From: Alistipes sp.
Lineage (GTDB): Bacteria > Bacteroidota > Bacteroidia > Bacteroidales > Rikenellaceae
Length of the DNA stretch: 64,000 nucleotides
Reading direction: 5' to 3'
NCBI GenBank assembly: GCA_017546725.1
Contig: JAFYRX010000024.1
Location: 1,390 to 65,389 of the forward strand
The number at the start of each line of letters is the position of its first letter. The first letter of the stretch is position 1. The notes beneath the pieces are model-generated. The model searched no databases. It saw nothing but the letters and a program-made list of their open reading frames with translations, and was not told the DNA's origin. Below are positions 9,359 to 19,828 of this stretch, piece by piece. Both the position numbers and the translations under genes were made by a program.

Positions 9359-11164
9359 ATGCAAAAAATTCGCAACATCGCAATAATTGCGCACGTTGAC
9401 CACGGCAAGACGACACTGGTCGATAAGATGATTCTCGCAGGACATCTGCTTCGCACCGAGACCAATACGGGAGACCTGATTATGGATAATAACGACCTGG
9501 AGCGTGAGCGCGGTATCACAATCCTGTCGAAGAACGTATCGGTAATATACAAGGATTACAAAATCAACATTATCGACACCCCGGGCCACGCCGACTTTGG
9601 TGGCGAGGTGGAGCGAGTGTTGAATATGTGTGACGGAGTGTTGCTGTTGGTGGATGCCTTTGAGGGCACAATGCCGCAGACACGTTTCGTATTGCAGAAG
9701 GCGCTCTCGTTGGGTAAGAAACCCATAGTCGTAATTAACAAGGTGGATAAGCCAAACTGCCGTCCCGAAGTGGTGAATGAGCAGGTATTCGACCTGATGT
9801 TCTCGCTGGATGCTACCGAGGAGCAGTTGGATTACAAAACAATATATGGTTCTGCTAAGCAGGGCTGGATGTCACACATCTGGAACGAGCCGACAGACTC
9901 TATCGCTCCTCTGCTGGATGCCATTATCGACGAGATTCCTGCGCCCGAAGTGGTTGAGGGCACACCACAGATGCTCGTCACTTCGTTGGAGTATTCACCC
10001 TATGTAGGTCGTATCGCAGTAGGTAAACTCACACGCGGTGTGTTGCGTGCTGGTCAGAACGTAACACTTGCAAAGCGCGACGGCGAGACTATGATAAAGA
10101 CTCGAATCAAGGAGTTGATGGTATTTGACGGCCTGGGCAAGAAGAAGGTTGAGCAGGTAGAGTGTGGTGAAATCTGCGCTATGGTAGGAATCGAGGGCTT
10201 CGAAATTGGTGACACAATTTGCGACTACGAGAATCCCGAGCCGCTGCCCCCTATCGCTATTGATGAGCCTACGATGTCAATGTTGTTTACAATCAACAAC
10301 TCGCCATTCTTTGGTCGCGACGGTAAATTCGTAACATCACGCCACTTGAAGGAGCGTTTGGACCGAGAGTTGGAGCGCAACCTTGCTCTTAGAGTAGAGC
10401 CGGGATTGAATGCCGATTCATTTGTAGTATTTGGCCGAGGAGTGTTGCACCTCTCGGTATTGGTAGAAACTATGCGTCGTGAGGGTTATGAGTTGCAGGT
10501 AGGACAGCCCAAAGTTATCATCAAGGAGATTGACGGCGTAAAGTGCGAGCCTGTTGAGGAGATGACTGTAGATTGTCCCGATGAATGTGCAGGAACAGTT
10601 ATCGAGATGGTAACAAAGCGCAAGGGCAACCTTACGAATATGAATTCTGACGGAGAGCGTACACGCTTGGAGTTCTTGGTGCCGTCGAGAGGTATCATCG
10701 GTCTGCGTTCATCGATGTTGACCGCTACGGCAGGTGAGGCTATTATGACTCACCGCTTGAAGGATTTCGAGCCCTGGATGGGTGAGATTGAGATGCGTAC
10801 AAACGGCTCTTTGATTGCTTCGGAGACTGGCACAGCATACGCATATTCGATTGACAAATTGCAGGATAGAGGTCGTTTCTTTATCTCGCCTATGGATGAG
10901 GTATATTGCGGTCAGGTTGTGGGCGAAAGCACACGCTCGGGCGATATCACCATCAACGTAACAAAGGCAAAGCAACTTACCAATATGCGTGCTTCGGGAG
11001 CCGATGACAAGGCCGTTATCGTACCACCAAAGGTATTCTCATTGGAGGAGGCTTTGGAGTATATCAAGGCTGACGAGTACGTAGAGGTTACACCAAAGGC
11101 TATGCGCCTAAGAAAGATTCTTTTGAATGAGGTGGACCGTAAGCGTGCAGCAAAGCAGGAGTAA
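9359..11164 (+). CDS. typA: Translational GTPase TypA/BipA
   Basis: [53 protein letters not shown]. Confidence 0.98.
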   Translation: MQKIRNIAIIAHVDHGKTTLVDKMILAGHLLRTETNTGDLIMDNNDLERERGITILSKNVSVIYKDYKINIIDTPGHADFGGEVERVLNMCDGVLLLVDAFEGTMPQTRFVLQKALSLGKKPIVVINKVDKPNCRPEVVNEQVFDLMFSLDATEEQLDYKTIYGSAKQGWMSHIWNEPTDSIAPLLDAIIDEIPAPEVVEGTPQMLVTSLEYSPYVGRIAVGKLTRGVLRAGQNVTLAKRDGETMIKTRIKELMVFDGLGKKKVEQVECGEICAMVGIEGFEIGDTICDYENPEPLPPIAIDEPTMSMLFTINNSPFFGRDGKFVTSRHLKERLDRELERNLALRVEPGLNADSFVVFGRGVLHLSVLVETMRREGYELQVGQPKVIIKEIDGVKCEPVEEMTVDCPDECAGTVIEMVTKRKGNLTNMNSDGERTRLEFLVPSRGIIGLRSSMLTATAGEAIMTHRLKDFEPWMGEIEMRTNGSLIASETGTAYAYSIDKLQDRGRFFISPMDEVYCGQVVGESTRSGDITINVTKAKQLTNMRASGADDKAVIVPPKVFSLEEALEYIKADEYVEVTPKAMRLRKILLNEVDRKRAAKQE

Positions 11165-11194
11165 CGAAGGTTAAGTTTATAACTTAAAAATACG

Positions 11195-11234
11195 AAATAA
11201 GGTTGTCAGGCAAAGGTGTCAGGCAACCTTATTT
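11195..11234 (+). terminator. Intrinsic terminator after typA
   Basis: AAATAAGGTTG...CAACCTTATTT stem. Confidence 0.6.
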
Positions 11235-11330
11235 GTTTGCAAAAGGCAAAATATGTGTTAAAAAATTAACAAATAATGCCGTTTGGGTTACTTTTATCGG
11301 TTTTTATAGCGTTTTTTTGACTTTTTTTGA

Positions 11331-11338
11331 TAATTTTG
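11331..11338 (+). promoter_or_regulatory. -7 promoter element of the nad operon
   Basis: TAATTTTG ending 22 nt before the nadB ATG. Confidence 0.55.
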
Positions 11339-11360
11339 CAACGATTATCAACCGATTAAG

Positions 11361-12995
11361 ATGCATAAATTTGATTATATAATCGTCGGTAGCGGACTTG
11401 CTGGATTGTATGCAGCCTACAAGGCTTCGTTCAAGGGCAATGTGGCCGTTATCACAAAATCTCTCATAAGAGAGAGCAACTCGTTTAATGCGCAGGGCGG
11501 AATAGCCGTTGTGACGGCTGGCGACGATGACCCGCAGATTCACAAGTCAGACACACTGATTGCAGGTCGTGGCCTGTGCGAAGAGGAGGCTGTTGACATT
11601 TTGGTAAACGACGGCCCTGACCGTATCGCAGAAATCATTGCCGACGGTATGAAGTTCGATACCGAGGGTGGAGCATTAGCTCTGGGCTTGGAAGGCGGCC
11701 ACCACAAGCGTCGTATCTTGCACGCTGGCGGTGACTCTACTGGCAAATGGATTACGGAGTTCGTTATTTCGAAGGTAAATCAACAAGAGAACATTGAGGT
11801 TTTCGAGAATACTACCCTACTCGATTTATTGATTGAGGATGGAGTATGCTATGGCGTTAGATGCTGGAGCGAGAACGAGAAGTTGCAAGCAACGGAGTCA
11901 AAAGCAGAGAACGGTAGCGAGGTATTGCTATTTGCCAACCACGTTTTCCTCACATCGGGCGGAACATCAGCTATTTTTGCCCGCACAACAAACCCCGAGA
12001 CTACTGTAGGTGATGGATTAGCCATAGCCTACAATGCTGGTTGCCGAATTGTGGATATGGAGTTTATTCAATTCCACCCCTCGGCGTTATATCAAAAAGA
12101 TTCACCTAAAGCGATACTCATTAGCGAGGCTGTTCGTGGCGAGGGTGCACACCTTTTGGACAAGCGTGGCAAGCGTTTTATGGTACCTATTCACGAGTTG
12201 GCTGAGTTGGCTCCACGTGACATTGTTGCCCGCTCGATATTCAAGCAGATGATAAAGGATGATGTGCAACACGTTACACTGTCGTTGCGTCATCTTAATC
12301 GCGAAAAGATACTGAAACGATTCCCTGGAATATATGCCAAGTGTCAGGAGTATGGACACGACCTCACGCAAGAGATTCCCGTAGCACCTGCAGCACACTA
12401 TACTGTTGGTGGTATCGCATCAAACCACAACGGAAGAACTGACATCGAGCGTCTGTATGTGTGCGGTGAGATTGCAGCAACAGGTATTATGGGTGCAAAC
12501 CGTTTGGCGTCGAACTCTCTCATCGAGTGTTTGGTATTTGCCAACCGCGCCGTTGAGGACTCGGTTACTGTAGGCAAGACAGACAAAACACCCGCCTTTG
12601 ACAAAAAATTCTGCCGCGAAAAGACGAATAGAGAGGCTTACATCGCTCTCAAGAGTGAAGTGTCTAACATAATGAACCGCTATGCGGGCATTATCCGTAG
12701 CGAAGAGGGACTTACGGAGGGACTCAACAGAATAAACAATCTAAAACTCAGCCTCGAGGCGGGAGCAGAGACTCGCGAGAATGGCCAGAGAGAGTTCTTC
12801 GAGGAGGCTTCACGCCGACTGCTAACGGTAGCAACGCTGATTATGACGCCTGCGCTTATGCGTAAGGAGAGCCGCGGCGGACACTACCGCGAGGATTACG
12901 CTTGCGCAGACGAGAACTACGCTGTACACTCTATTCAGCAGAAGGGCAAGGAGTTTATGACAGCAGAGGTTAATGCCGACTGCTTTGACTTTTAA
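11361..12995 (+). CDS. nadB: L-aspartate oxidase
   Basis: GSGLAGL, AQGGIA, EGGHHKRRILHAGGD, QFHP, SEAVRGEGA, ELAPRDIV, GANRLASNSL, ESRGGH. Confidence 0.96.
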   Translation: MHKFDYIIVGSGLAGLYAAYKASFKGNVAVITKSLIRESNSFNAQGGIAVVTAGDDDPQIHKSDTLIAGRGLCEEEAVDILVNDGPDRIAEIIADGMKFDTEGGALALGLEGGHHKRRILHAGGDSTGKWITEFVISKVNQQENIEVFENTTLLDLLIEDGVCYGVRCWSENEKLQATESKAENGSEVLLFANHVFLTSGGTSAIFARTTNPETTVGDGLAIAYNAGCRIVDMEFIQFHPSALYQKDSPKAILISEAVRGEGAHLLDKRGKRFMVPIHELAELAPRDIVARSIFKQMIKDDVQHVTLSLRHLNREKILKRFPGIYAKCQEYGHDLTQEIPVAPAAHYTVGGIASNHNGRTDIERLYVCGEIAATGIMGANRLASNSLIECLVFANRAVEDSVTVGKTDKTPAFDKKFCREKTNREAYIALKSEVSNIMNRYAGIIRSEEGLTEGLNRINNLKLSLEAGAETRENGQREFFEEASRRLLTVATLIMTPALMRKESRGGHYREDYACADENYAVHSIQQKGKEFMTAEVNADCFDF

Positions 12996-13021
12996 CAGAT
13001 AACAATTTTACGCTTCAATAT

Positions 13022-13870
13022 ATGCAATACGAAAACTTAATCAAGAAGTTAATCGACCTCGGTATCGAGGAGGATATCAACACGGGTGACGTGACTACAG
13101 ACTCTATTATTCCCGCTACGATGAATGCCGTAGCAACAATGACGGCAAAGCAGGAAGGTGTAATATCTGGTTTGGAGATTGTAAAGATGGTTTACGATTA
13201 TTTCCAGAAGGATGTAGTATTCACAGCCTACTTCAATGATGGCGACAGTGTAAAGAAGGGCGATGTAATCCTTAAGATTGAGGCTACATACCCCACCCTG
13301 TTGCGCGGAGAGCGTCTTTCGCTCAACATCTTCCAGCGTATGTGCGGTATCGCAACCGAGACTGCTCGTTACGTCAAGGAGTTGGTAGGCACTTCTACCG
13401 AGTTGCTCGACACTCGCAAAACGGCACCTGGTTTGAGAGTATTGGATAAGATGGCTGTAAAGCACGGCGGCGGTACAAACCATCGTATGGGATTGTACGA
13501 TATGGCTATGATTAAGGATAACCACATCAAGATGGCTGGTGGCATCACTAAAGCCGTAGAGCAGGTGCGTGCCAACATCACACCCGAGATTAAGATTGAG
13601 GTGGAGACAACAAACCTCGACGAGGTTAAGGAGGCTATCGCTGCTGGCGCCGACATCATTATGTTGGACAATATGGACAACGCCACAATGACCGAGGCTG
13701 TAGAGATTATCAAGGCCGCAGACAAGGGTATCAAGACCGAGGCATCGGGTAATATGAACATCCCCCGATTGAAGGAGGTTGCCGCTACAGGCGTTGATTT
13801 CATCAGCGTTGGCGCTTTGACACACACTGTCAAGGCTATGGATATTAGTATGAACATTCAAGTTGAATAA
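13022..13870 (+). CDS. nadC: Quinolinate phosphoribosyltransferase
   Basis: ED..GDVTT, DTRKTAPGLR, NHRMGLYD, IKDNHI, IMLDNM, ISVGALTH. Confidence 0.97.
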   Translation: MQYENLIKKLIDLGIEEDINTGDVTTDSIIPATMNAVATMTAKQEGVISGLEIVKMVYDYFQKDVVFTAYFNDGDSVKKGDVILKIEATYPTLLRGERLSLNIFQRMCGIATETARYVKELVGTSTELLDTRKTAPGLRVLDKMAVKHGGGTNHRMGLYDMAMIKDNHIKMAGGITKAVEQVRANITPEIKIEVETTNLDEVKEAIAAGADIIMLDNMDNATMTEAVEIIKAADKGIKTEASGNMNIPRLKEVAATGVDFISVGALTHTVKAMDISMNIQVE

Positions 13871-13880
13871 TTTTCACACG

Positions 13881-14822
13881 ATGGGTATGGCTACTCACGA
13901 AGAACTTTTCAAGCGCATAGAGCAACTTAAAAAAGAGAAGAACGCCGTAATATTGGCTCACTACTACACCCGTGACGAGGTGCAGCAGGTAGCCGACTTC
14001 CTGGGCGACTCGTTAGCATTGTCGGTCAAGGCCCGAGACATCGACGCCAAGATTATATTGTTTGCAGGTGTGAACTTTATGGCCGAGACAGCCAAAGTGC
14101 TTTCGCCCGACAAGAAGGTGTTGATTCCCGTACCCGAGGCGGGTTGTTCGTTGGCCGAGTCGTGCGATGCCGCAGAGTTTGCAAAATTCAAGGCGCAATA
14201 TCCCGACCACAAGGTTGTATCGTATGTAAATACTTCGGTCGGCGTCAAGGCCCTCACCGATGTATGCTGTACATCATCCAACGCATTGCAGGTGGTAGAG
14301 AGCATACCGAGCGAGCAACCCATAATCTTTGCCCCCGACAGAAACTTGGGCGCATATATTCAGAAACTTACGGGCCGCGATAATATGGTAATATGGGATG
14401 GTGCCTGCACCGTTCACGAGGAGTTTTCGTTGGAGAAGATTCTGGAACTCAAGAAGCAGCACCCCGAGGCTAAGATTGTAGTACACCCCGAGTGCAAAGC
14501 ATATATTGCAGAGGTAGCCGATTACGTAGGCTCTACGGCAGGTATTTTGACCTACTGCGGCGAGGTGGATGCAGAGGAATTTATCGTCGTTACTGAGGCT
14601 GGTATCTTGGCCGAGATGCGCAAGCAGTATCCCAACAAGACCTTTATTCCTGCGCCTCCTATGGACTCAACTTGCGGATGCAACGAGTGCCGTTATATGA
14701 AGATGGTAACCCTCGAAAATATAGTCGCTTGCCTGGAGGCCGAGAGTCCCGAAGTCGTTCTCGACGAGCAGACGCGCAAGGCTGCCGAGAGGTCTATCGT
14801 CAATATGGTGAATATAAAGTAG
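13881..14822 (+). CDS. nadA: Quinolinate synthase NadA
   Basis: ILAHYY, GDSLAL, FMAETAK, AGCSLA, YVNTS, HPEC, CNECRYMK; ATG 13881 preferred over TTG 13863. Confidence 0.96.
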   Translation: MGMATHEELFKRIEQLKKEKNAVILAHYYTRDEVQQVADFLGDSLALSVKARDIDAKIILFAGVNFMAETAKVLSPDKKVLIPVPEAGCSLAESCDAAEFAKFKAQYPDHKVVSYVNTSVGVKALTDVCCTSSNALQVVESIPSEQPIIFAPDRNLGAYIQKLTGRDNMVIWDGACTVHEEFSLEKILELKKQHPEAKIVVHPECKAYIAEVADYVGSTAGILTYCGEVDAEEFIVVTEAGILAEMRKQYPNKTFIPAPPMDSTCGCNECRYMKMVTLENIVACLEAESPEVVLDEQTRKAAERSIVNMVNIK

Positions 14823-14838
14823 AGAGTAAACGATAATA

Positions 14839-14880
14839 GAATGAGGTTGTCCAACAAATCAAGTTGAGACAACCTCATTC
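14839..14880. terminator. Hairpin (copy 2 of the dispersed repeat), probable bidirectional terminator
   Basis: GAATGAGGTTGTC-CAACAAATCAAGTTGA-GACAACCTCATTC between nadA and a convergent OMP gene. Confidence 0.7.
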
Positions 14881-14903
14881 TTATTTTACTTGAAGTTGTA
14901 TAT

Positions 14904-15542
14904 TTAGAATATATAAGATGCTCCGACATAGAAATTACGATTATTCATCGTCGAGTCATCATCTTGCGCGATATTAATCAAGCCCCAATCATAACCAACA
15001 AAGATGCGGTAGTGGTCAAAGAGGCGCACACCTCCACGCAGGCCCAACCCAAAGTCGAATCTTTTAAGGCCGTCAGATGCGAAACTATCGGGTTTGGTAG
15101 ATTCGTCAGCCATAGTAACCTTATCGGTACCCCACATTCCAACTGCGACATACGGACCAAACGAGCCGAACAGACTAACATTGCCCGAAGAGCCTAAATC
15201 GTAACGATAACCGATGTGCATAGGAATCTCGAGATAGTAAGGGCGTGAAGTCCAATCGACATTAACATCGCCTACCGACGTGGACATTTTGGCACCTTTG
15301 GCGCTAATCAACGCCCCTGTATCGAAGTAGAAGCCGTCATAGATAAACGGAGCATCAATCTCCATCTCAATTCCCGCCTTAAAACCTATGCGAGAATCGG
15401 TGTCAAATGAGAGTCCATCGGTACTCATAGAGTAGTTGGCTACATTCATAGCGCCCATAACTCCAAATCGCAACTCCTGAGCAAAAGAGTTCACCGCAAA
15501 AGCAAATGTGGCAAAAGAGAGTAGTGATAAAAACTTTTTCAT
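14904..15542 (-). CDS. Porin-like outer membrane beta-barrel protein (PorT/OMP_b-brl_2 type)
   Basis: Signal peptide, FGVMGAMN, YLEIPMHIGY, FGPY, KRFDFGLG, terminal YIF. Confidence 0.85.
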   Translation of the reverse strand: MKKFLSLLSFATFAFAVNSFAQELRFGVMGAMNVANYSMSTDGLSFDTDSRIGFKAGIEMEIDAPFIYDGFYFDTGALISAKGAKMSTSVGDVNVDWTSRPYYLEIPMHIGYRYDLGSSGNVSLFGSFGPYVAVGMWGTDKVTMADESTKPDSFASDGLKRFDFGLGLRGGVRLFDHYRIFVGYDWGLINIAQDDDSTMNNRNFYVGASYIF

Positions 15543-15584
15543 AACATCTGTGTTTAATTAAACTTTCACAGATACTTGATACAA

Positions 15585-15619
15585 AAAAGATGCGAAAGCC
15601 ACTCGCTCTCGCATCTTTT
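15585..15619 (-). terminator. Intrinsic terminator between the tandem OMP genes
   Basis: AAAAGATGCGA...TCGCATCTTTT stem. Confidence 0.6.
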
Positions 15620-15712
15620 ATTCAAAAAATCCTCTTATGATTGTCGGGACGTATGCCTATACGCATATTCAAATCAGCCTCTTTATCCTCGACAATAACC
15701 GAAGCAAAGGAA

Positions 15713-16318
15713 TTAGAACATATAGGCTGTACCGATATAGAAATTAAACGGACGCAACTTAGCATTACCCTCGCCATCCACAGTACTCTTGGCAATATTA
15801 AGCATACTGTGCTCAAATCCGAGGAAAATCTGCCACTGATTCCACAACTCGACACCAGCAGTGTAATTAAGACCAAAGTCAAAACGCTTGTAACCCTCGC
15901 CGAAGATATCAGTCTTAACCTTTGCTCCGTCACCCTTCAACACATTTTTACCCAAAAGACCTACTCCGAAATAAGGACCTATGCCTGCAAGGATATTGAT
16001 AGAAGGAGCAACATTGAAACTATAGCCGAAATTAAGCGGCAACTCCAAATAGCCCAGATTTTGGTGAACTCCCGACCAGCGACCACCTTTGAGCGAGTAA
16101 AGCAAACGAGCATCGGCATAAAAACCATCTGCTACAACTGAGCTCAAACTCAACTCTGCCTTAACACCGGCATTAAAACCGAGATAGGTATCCGATGAAC
16201 TAACCGAGCTATGCATATTAGCGAAATTCACACCGCCTGTAATACCATAACGTATCTCCTGTGCAGAGAGATTAAACGTAGCCAACAAGGCTACTATCAA
16301 TACTAATAACTTTTTCAT
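15713..16318 (-). CDS. Porin-like outer membrane beta-barrel protein, paralog of 14904..15542
   Basis: YGITGGVN, YLELPLNFGY, GIGPY, KRFDFGLN, terminal YMF. Confidence 0.85.
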   Translation of the reverse strand: MKKLLVLIVALLATFNLSAQEIRYGITGGVNFANMHSSVSSSDTYLGFNAGVKAELSLSSVVADGFYADARLLYSLKGGRWSGVHQNLGYLELPLNFGYSFNVAPSINILAGIGPYFGVGLLGKNVLKGDGAKVKTDIFGEGYKRFDFGLNYTAGVELWNQWQIFLGFEHSMLNIAKSTVDGEGNAKLRPFNFYIGTAYMF

Positions 16319-16442
16319 CCGTATCTAGTTTTTACATATTCACGAAAACAAAAATAGTATTTTTTTTGATAGATACAAAATATAAGAGTGAAACAAAATA
16401 GAATATCGTGACTAATTTTCTCAATTAAACCATTTTAATTCG

Positions 16443-16450
16443 TATATTTG
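16443..16450 (+). promoter_or_regulatory. -7 promoter element for the rpe operon
   Basis: TATATTTG. Confidence 0.6.
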
Positions 16451-16469
16451 CAAATAAAATTTTCAAACA

Positions 16470-17120
16470 ATGACTCGTATTATCTCTCCCTCGATGTTGT
16501 CGGCAGATTTCGGCAACCTCGAACGTGATACAAAAATGATTGACCGCAGTGCTGCGGAGTGGGTACACATTGATGTTATGGATGGTGTTTTTGTGCCTAA
16601 CATCTCATTTGGATTCCCCGTAATGAAGCCTATACGCAAGGCCACTAACAAGGTGCTGGACGTGCACTTGATGATTGTAGAGCCTGAGAAATATGTACGT
16701 CGCTTTATCGAGGCTGGTGCCGATTACGTCACATTTCACTATGAGGCTACAGAAGACATCGATGGTTGCATCGCCGCCATACGCGAGGCGGGAGCAAAGG
16801 TAGGTATCTCCATCAAGCCCGCTACTCCGACTTCTGTATTGAAGGATATCTTAGGCAAGGTCGATTTGGTGTTGGTGATGAGCGTTGAGCCTGGTTTCGG
16901 AGGTCAATCATTCATTGATGGCTCGTTGGATAAAATTCGCGAGTTAGCCCAGATGCGAAAGGAGCAGGGCGTAGAGTTTTTGATTGAGGTTGATGGTGGT
17001 ATTTCGGCAAAGAATGCAGCAGATGTATTTAATGCTGGTGCCGAGGCTGTAGTTGCAGGTAGCGCAGTATTTGGTGCCGCAGACCCCGAGGCCGAGATTG
17101 TAAATATGTTGAATGCCTAA
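16470..17120 (+). CDS. rpe: Ribulose-phosphate 3-epimerase
   Basis: SPSMLSADF, HIDVMDGVFVPN, DVHLM, MSVEPGFGGQ, VDGGI. Confidence 0.97.
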   Translation: MTRIISPSMLSADFGNLERDTKMIDRSAAEWVHIDVMDGVFVPNISFGFPVMKPIRKATNKVLDVHLMIVEPEKYVRRFIEAGADYVTFHYEATEDIDGCIAAIREAGAKVGISIKPATPTSVLKDILGKVDLVLVMSVEPGFGGQSFIDGSLDKIRELAQMRKEQGVEFLIEVDGGISAKNAADVFNAGAEAVVAGSAVFGAADPEAEIVNMLNA

Positions 17121-17140
17121 AGGCTTTATTGCTTAAGAAG

Positions 17141-19075
17141 GTGATTTCATTAGATAACTTAACCGTCAGTTACGGAGGCTGGACTCTTTTTGACGGCATA
17201 TCATTCCTCATAAACGAAAAGGACCGCATAGGTCTTGTCGGCAAAAATGGCGCTGGCAAGACAACTTTGTTGCGCATTATTATGGGCGAGCAACAGCCGA
17301 CAGAGGGTGCCGTTACAATCAATGGCGAGTGCACGATTGGCTATCTGCCGCAGCAGATGCGTGTTGCTGACACAACTACTCTAAAGGCCGAGACCGAGAA
17401 GGCATTTGATGAGGTTTTGCGTTTGGAGGCCGAGAGCGAGTCACTCACTAATGAGATTGCCGAGCGTACAGACTACGAGTCGGAGGAGTATGCTGCGTTG
17501 CTTCAGCGACTGAACGAAGTACAGGACCGCTACCACATCCTGGGCGGAGATACTCGCGAAGCCGACATAGAGAAGACTCTGCTCGGTTTAGGATTCAAGC
17601 GCGAAGATTTCTCACGTGCTACAAGTGAGTTTTCGGGAGGTTGGCGTATGCGTATCGAGTTGGCCAAACTGCTTTTGCGCCGCCCTTCGATTTTCCTGCT
17701 CGACGAGCCTACGAATCACCTAGACATCGAGAGTATTCAGTGGCTGGAGGAGTATCTCAAGAACTATAATGGTGCAGTGTTGCTAATCTCACACGACCGC
17801 GCATTTTTGGACAATGTGACTACTCGTACCGTAGAACTTTCGTTGGGCCACATATACGATTATAAAGTACCATACTCTAAATTTGTCGAGTTACGTGCCG
17901 AGCGTCGTGCCCAGCAGATGGCCGCATACGAGAATCAGCAGCGCTTGATAGAGAAGACCGAGGAGTTTATTGAGAAATTCCGTTATAAGCCTACCAAAAG
18001 TAATCAGGTACAGTCGCGTATCAAGCAACTCGAGAAACTCGACCGCATAGAGGTCGAAGAGGAGGACTTGGCTACGCTTAATATAAAGTTCCCGCCCGCA
18101 CCACGTTCTGGACAGATTGTGGCAGAGATTAAGGAGGTGGGTAAGGCCTTCGGCGAGAAACGAATATTCTCGGATGCCAACTTTACCATCGAGCGCGGCC
18201 AGAAGATTGCACTCGTAGGACGCAATGGCGAGGGTAAGACCACAATGGCGCGTATGATTATCGGCGAGTTGGCGCAAACAGAGGGTACAATAAAGATTGG
18301 TGCAAATGTCAATATAGGATACTACGCACAGAATCAAGATGACTTGATGGATGGCGAATTTACGGTATTCGATACTTTGGACCGAGTTGCTACGGGAGAT
18401 ATTCGTACACGTCTGCGCGATATTTTGGGTGCATTCCTGTTCCGAGGAGAGGATATAGACAAGAAGGTAAAGGTATTGTCGGGAGGCGAACGCTCTCGCT
18501 TGGCTATGGCCCGACTGATGCTGGAGCCATATAACCTTTTGGTATTGGATGAGCCTACCAACCATATGGATATGCGCTCAAAGGATATTCTAAAACGTGC
18601 CATACAGAAGTATGATGGAACAGTAATCGTCGTATCGCACGACCGAGACTTCCTCGATGGAATGGTAGATAGAATATACGAGTTCCGTGATAGTGGCGTT
18701 AAGGAGTATCTGGGTGGCATATACTACTTCCTCGAGAAGCGCAAGGTGGAGTCATTGCAAGAGATTGAGCGAAGAGATACACCCGTGACTCAACCTTCGG
18801 CAGACAAAGGCTCTTCGCAAGGAAAACTATCATACGAGCAGAAGAAGGAACAGGAGAAACTAATTCGCAAACTCCGCAAGGCCGTAGAGAGCATAGAAGA
18901 GGAGTTGGCCGCAACAGAGAGCCACATTGCAGAATATGATGCAAAGTTCGCTGTAGCAACAGAGTACAACGAGGCCGACTACATTGAGTATAACAAACTC
19001 AAGGAGAGTTATGACCACCTGATGCACGAATGGGAAAAGGCATCGTATGAATTGGAGATAACAGAGAATCAATAA
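17141..19075 (+). CDS. ABC-F family ATP-binding protein
   Basis: Two NBDs (GKNGAGKTT/FSGGWRMR/DEPTNHLD and GRNGEGKTT/LSGGERSR/DEPTNHMD), no TM segments, C-terminal coiled coil; GTG start at 17141. Confidence 0.93.
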   Translation: MISLDNLTVSYGGWTLFDGISFLINEKDRIGLVGKNGAGKTTLLRIIMGEQQPTEGAVTINGECTIGYLPQQMRVADTTTLKAETEKAFDEVLRLEAESESLTNEIAERTDYESEEYAALLQRLNEVQDRYHILGGDTREADIEKTLLGLGFKREDFSRATSEFSGGWRMRIELAKLLLRRPSIFLLDEPTNHLDIESIQWLEEYLKNYNGAVLLISHDRAFLDNVTTRTVELSLGHIYDYKVPYSKFVELRAERRAQQMAAYENQQRLIEKTEEFIEKFRYKPTKSNQVQSRIKQLEKLDRIEVEEEDLATLNIKFPPAPRSGQIVAEIKEVGKAFGEKRIFSDANFTIERGQKIALVGRNGEGKTTMARMIIGELAQTEGTIKIGANVNIGYYAQNQDDLMDGEFTVFDTLDRVATGDIRTRLRDILGAFLFRGEDIDKKVKVLSGGERSRLAMARLMLEPYNLLVLDEPTNHMDMRSKDILKRAIQKYDGTVIVVSHDRDFLDGMVDRIYEFRDSGVKEYLGGIYYFLEKRKVESLQEIERRDTPVTQPSADKGSSQGKLSYEQKKEQEKLIRKLRKAVESIEEELAATESHIAEYDAKFAVATEYNEADYIEYNKLKESYDHLMHEWEKASYELEITENQ

Positions 19076-19086
19076 ACAAACCATAT

Positions 19087-19821
19087 ATGGCAAACGATAT
19101 TGTATTTGGCATACGTCCCGTAGCCGAGGCTATACAGACAGGCAAACAGATTGAGAAACTCTACATCCGCAAGGGTGCCGAGGGACAACTAATGACCGAG
19201 TTGCGAGACTTGGCTTTCCGCCACCGCATACGCATACAGGAGGTTCCTGTCGAGAAACTGAACAGATTGACTCGGCTGAATCATCAGGGTGTTGTGGCAC
19301 AGATAGCCCCCATAGAATATGTTGAGTTGAACGATATTTTGGAGCGTGTACCCGAAGACGAGACTCCGCTCGTAGTATTGTTTGACGGCGTGACGGATGT
19401 TCGTAACTTTGGCGCAATCGCCCGCTCAGCAGAGTGTGCTGGTGCACACGGTTTGATTACACCGCTAAAGAACTCTGCCCCTGTAAATTCGGAGGCTATG
19501 CGTTCATCGGCTGGTGCATTGAGCCGTATCCCCGTATGTCGTGTAGGCTCACTGCGTAACACAGTCAAGGCTCTGCAAGCAGAGGGTTTCCAATGTGTAG
19601 CCGCGACAGAGAAGAGTAATAAATTAATCTACGATGCCGACTTCAGCAAGCCTACTGTAATCGTAATGGGAGCAGAGGATACAGGAATCTCGAAAGAGTT
19701 ACTTAAACTCTGCGACGAGCAGTTGGCTATACCTATGATTGGTGCTATCGAGTCATTGAACGTATCGGCAGCCGCAGCGGTAATGCTTTTTGAGGTTGTA
19801 CGTCAGCGCATTGGCGAATAA
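19087..19821 (+). CDS. rlmB: 23S rRNA (G2251-2'-O)-methyltransferase
   Basis: NHQGVVA, DGVTDVRNFGAIARSAE, MGAEDTG, ESLNVSAA. Confidence 0.93.
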   Translation: MANDIVFGIRPVAEAIQTGKQIEKLYIRKGAEGQLMTELRDLAFRHRIRIQEVPVEKLNRLTRLNHQGVVAQIAPIEYVELNDILERVPEDETPLVVLFDGVTDVRNFGAIARSAECAGAHGLITPLKNSAPVNSEAMRSSAGALSRIPVCRVGSLRNTVKALQAEGFQCVAATEKSNKLIYDADFSKPTVIVMGAEDTGISKELLKLCDEQLAIPMIGAIESLNVSAAAAVMLFEVVRQRIGE

Positions 19822-19828
19822 TTCAGCA

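Noticed and set aside
11204-11226. TGTCAGGCAA direct repeat inside the typA terminator
   Set aside because: A single 10-bp duplication within a hairpin, with no other copies noticed; probably incidental.
13049-13861. 270-aa antisense ORF over nadC (likewise 17891..18565, 21468..22220, 62573..63424)
   Set aside because: These are shadow ORFs opposite well-conserved genes, with no motifs, and are explained by codon bias.
17141-19075. ABC-F as an antibiotic-resistance gene
   Set aside because: It sits in a housekeeping operon (rpe, rlmB) with host-like composition; nothing indicates an ARE subfamily.
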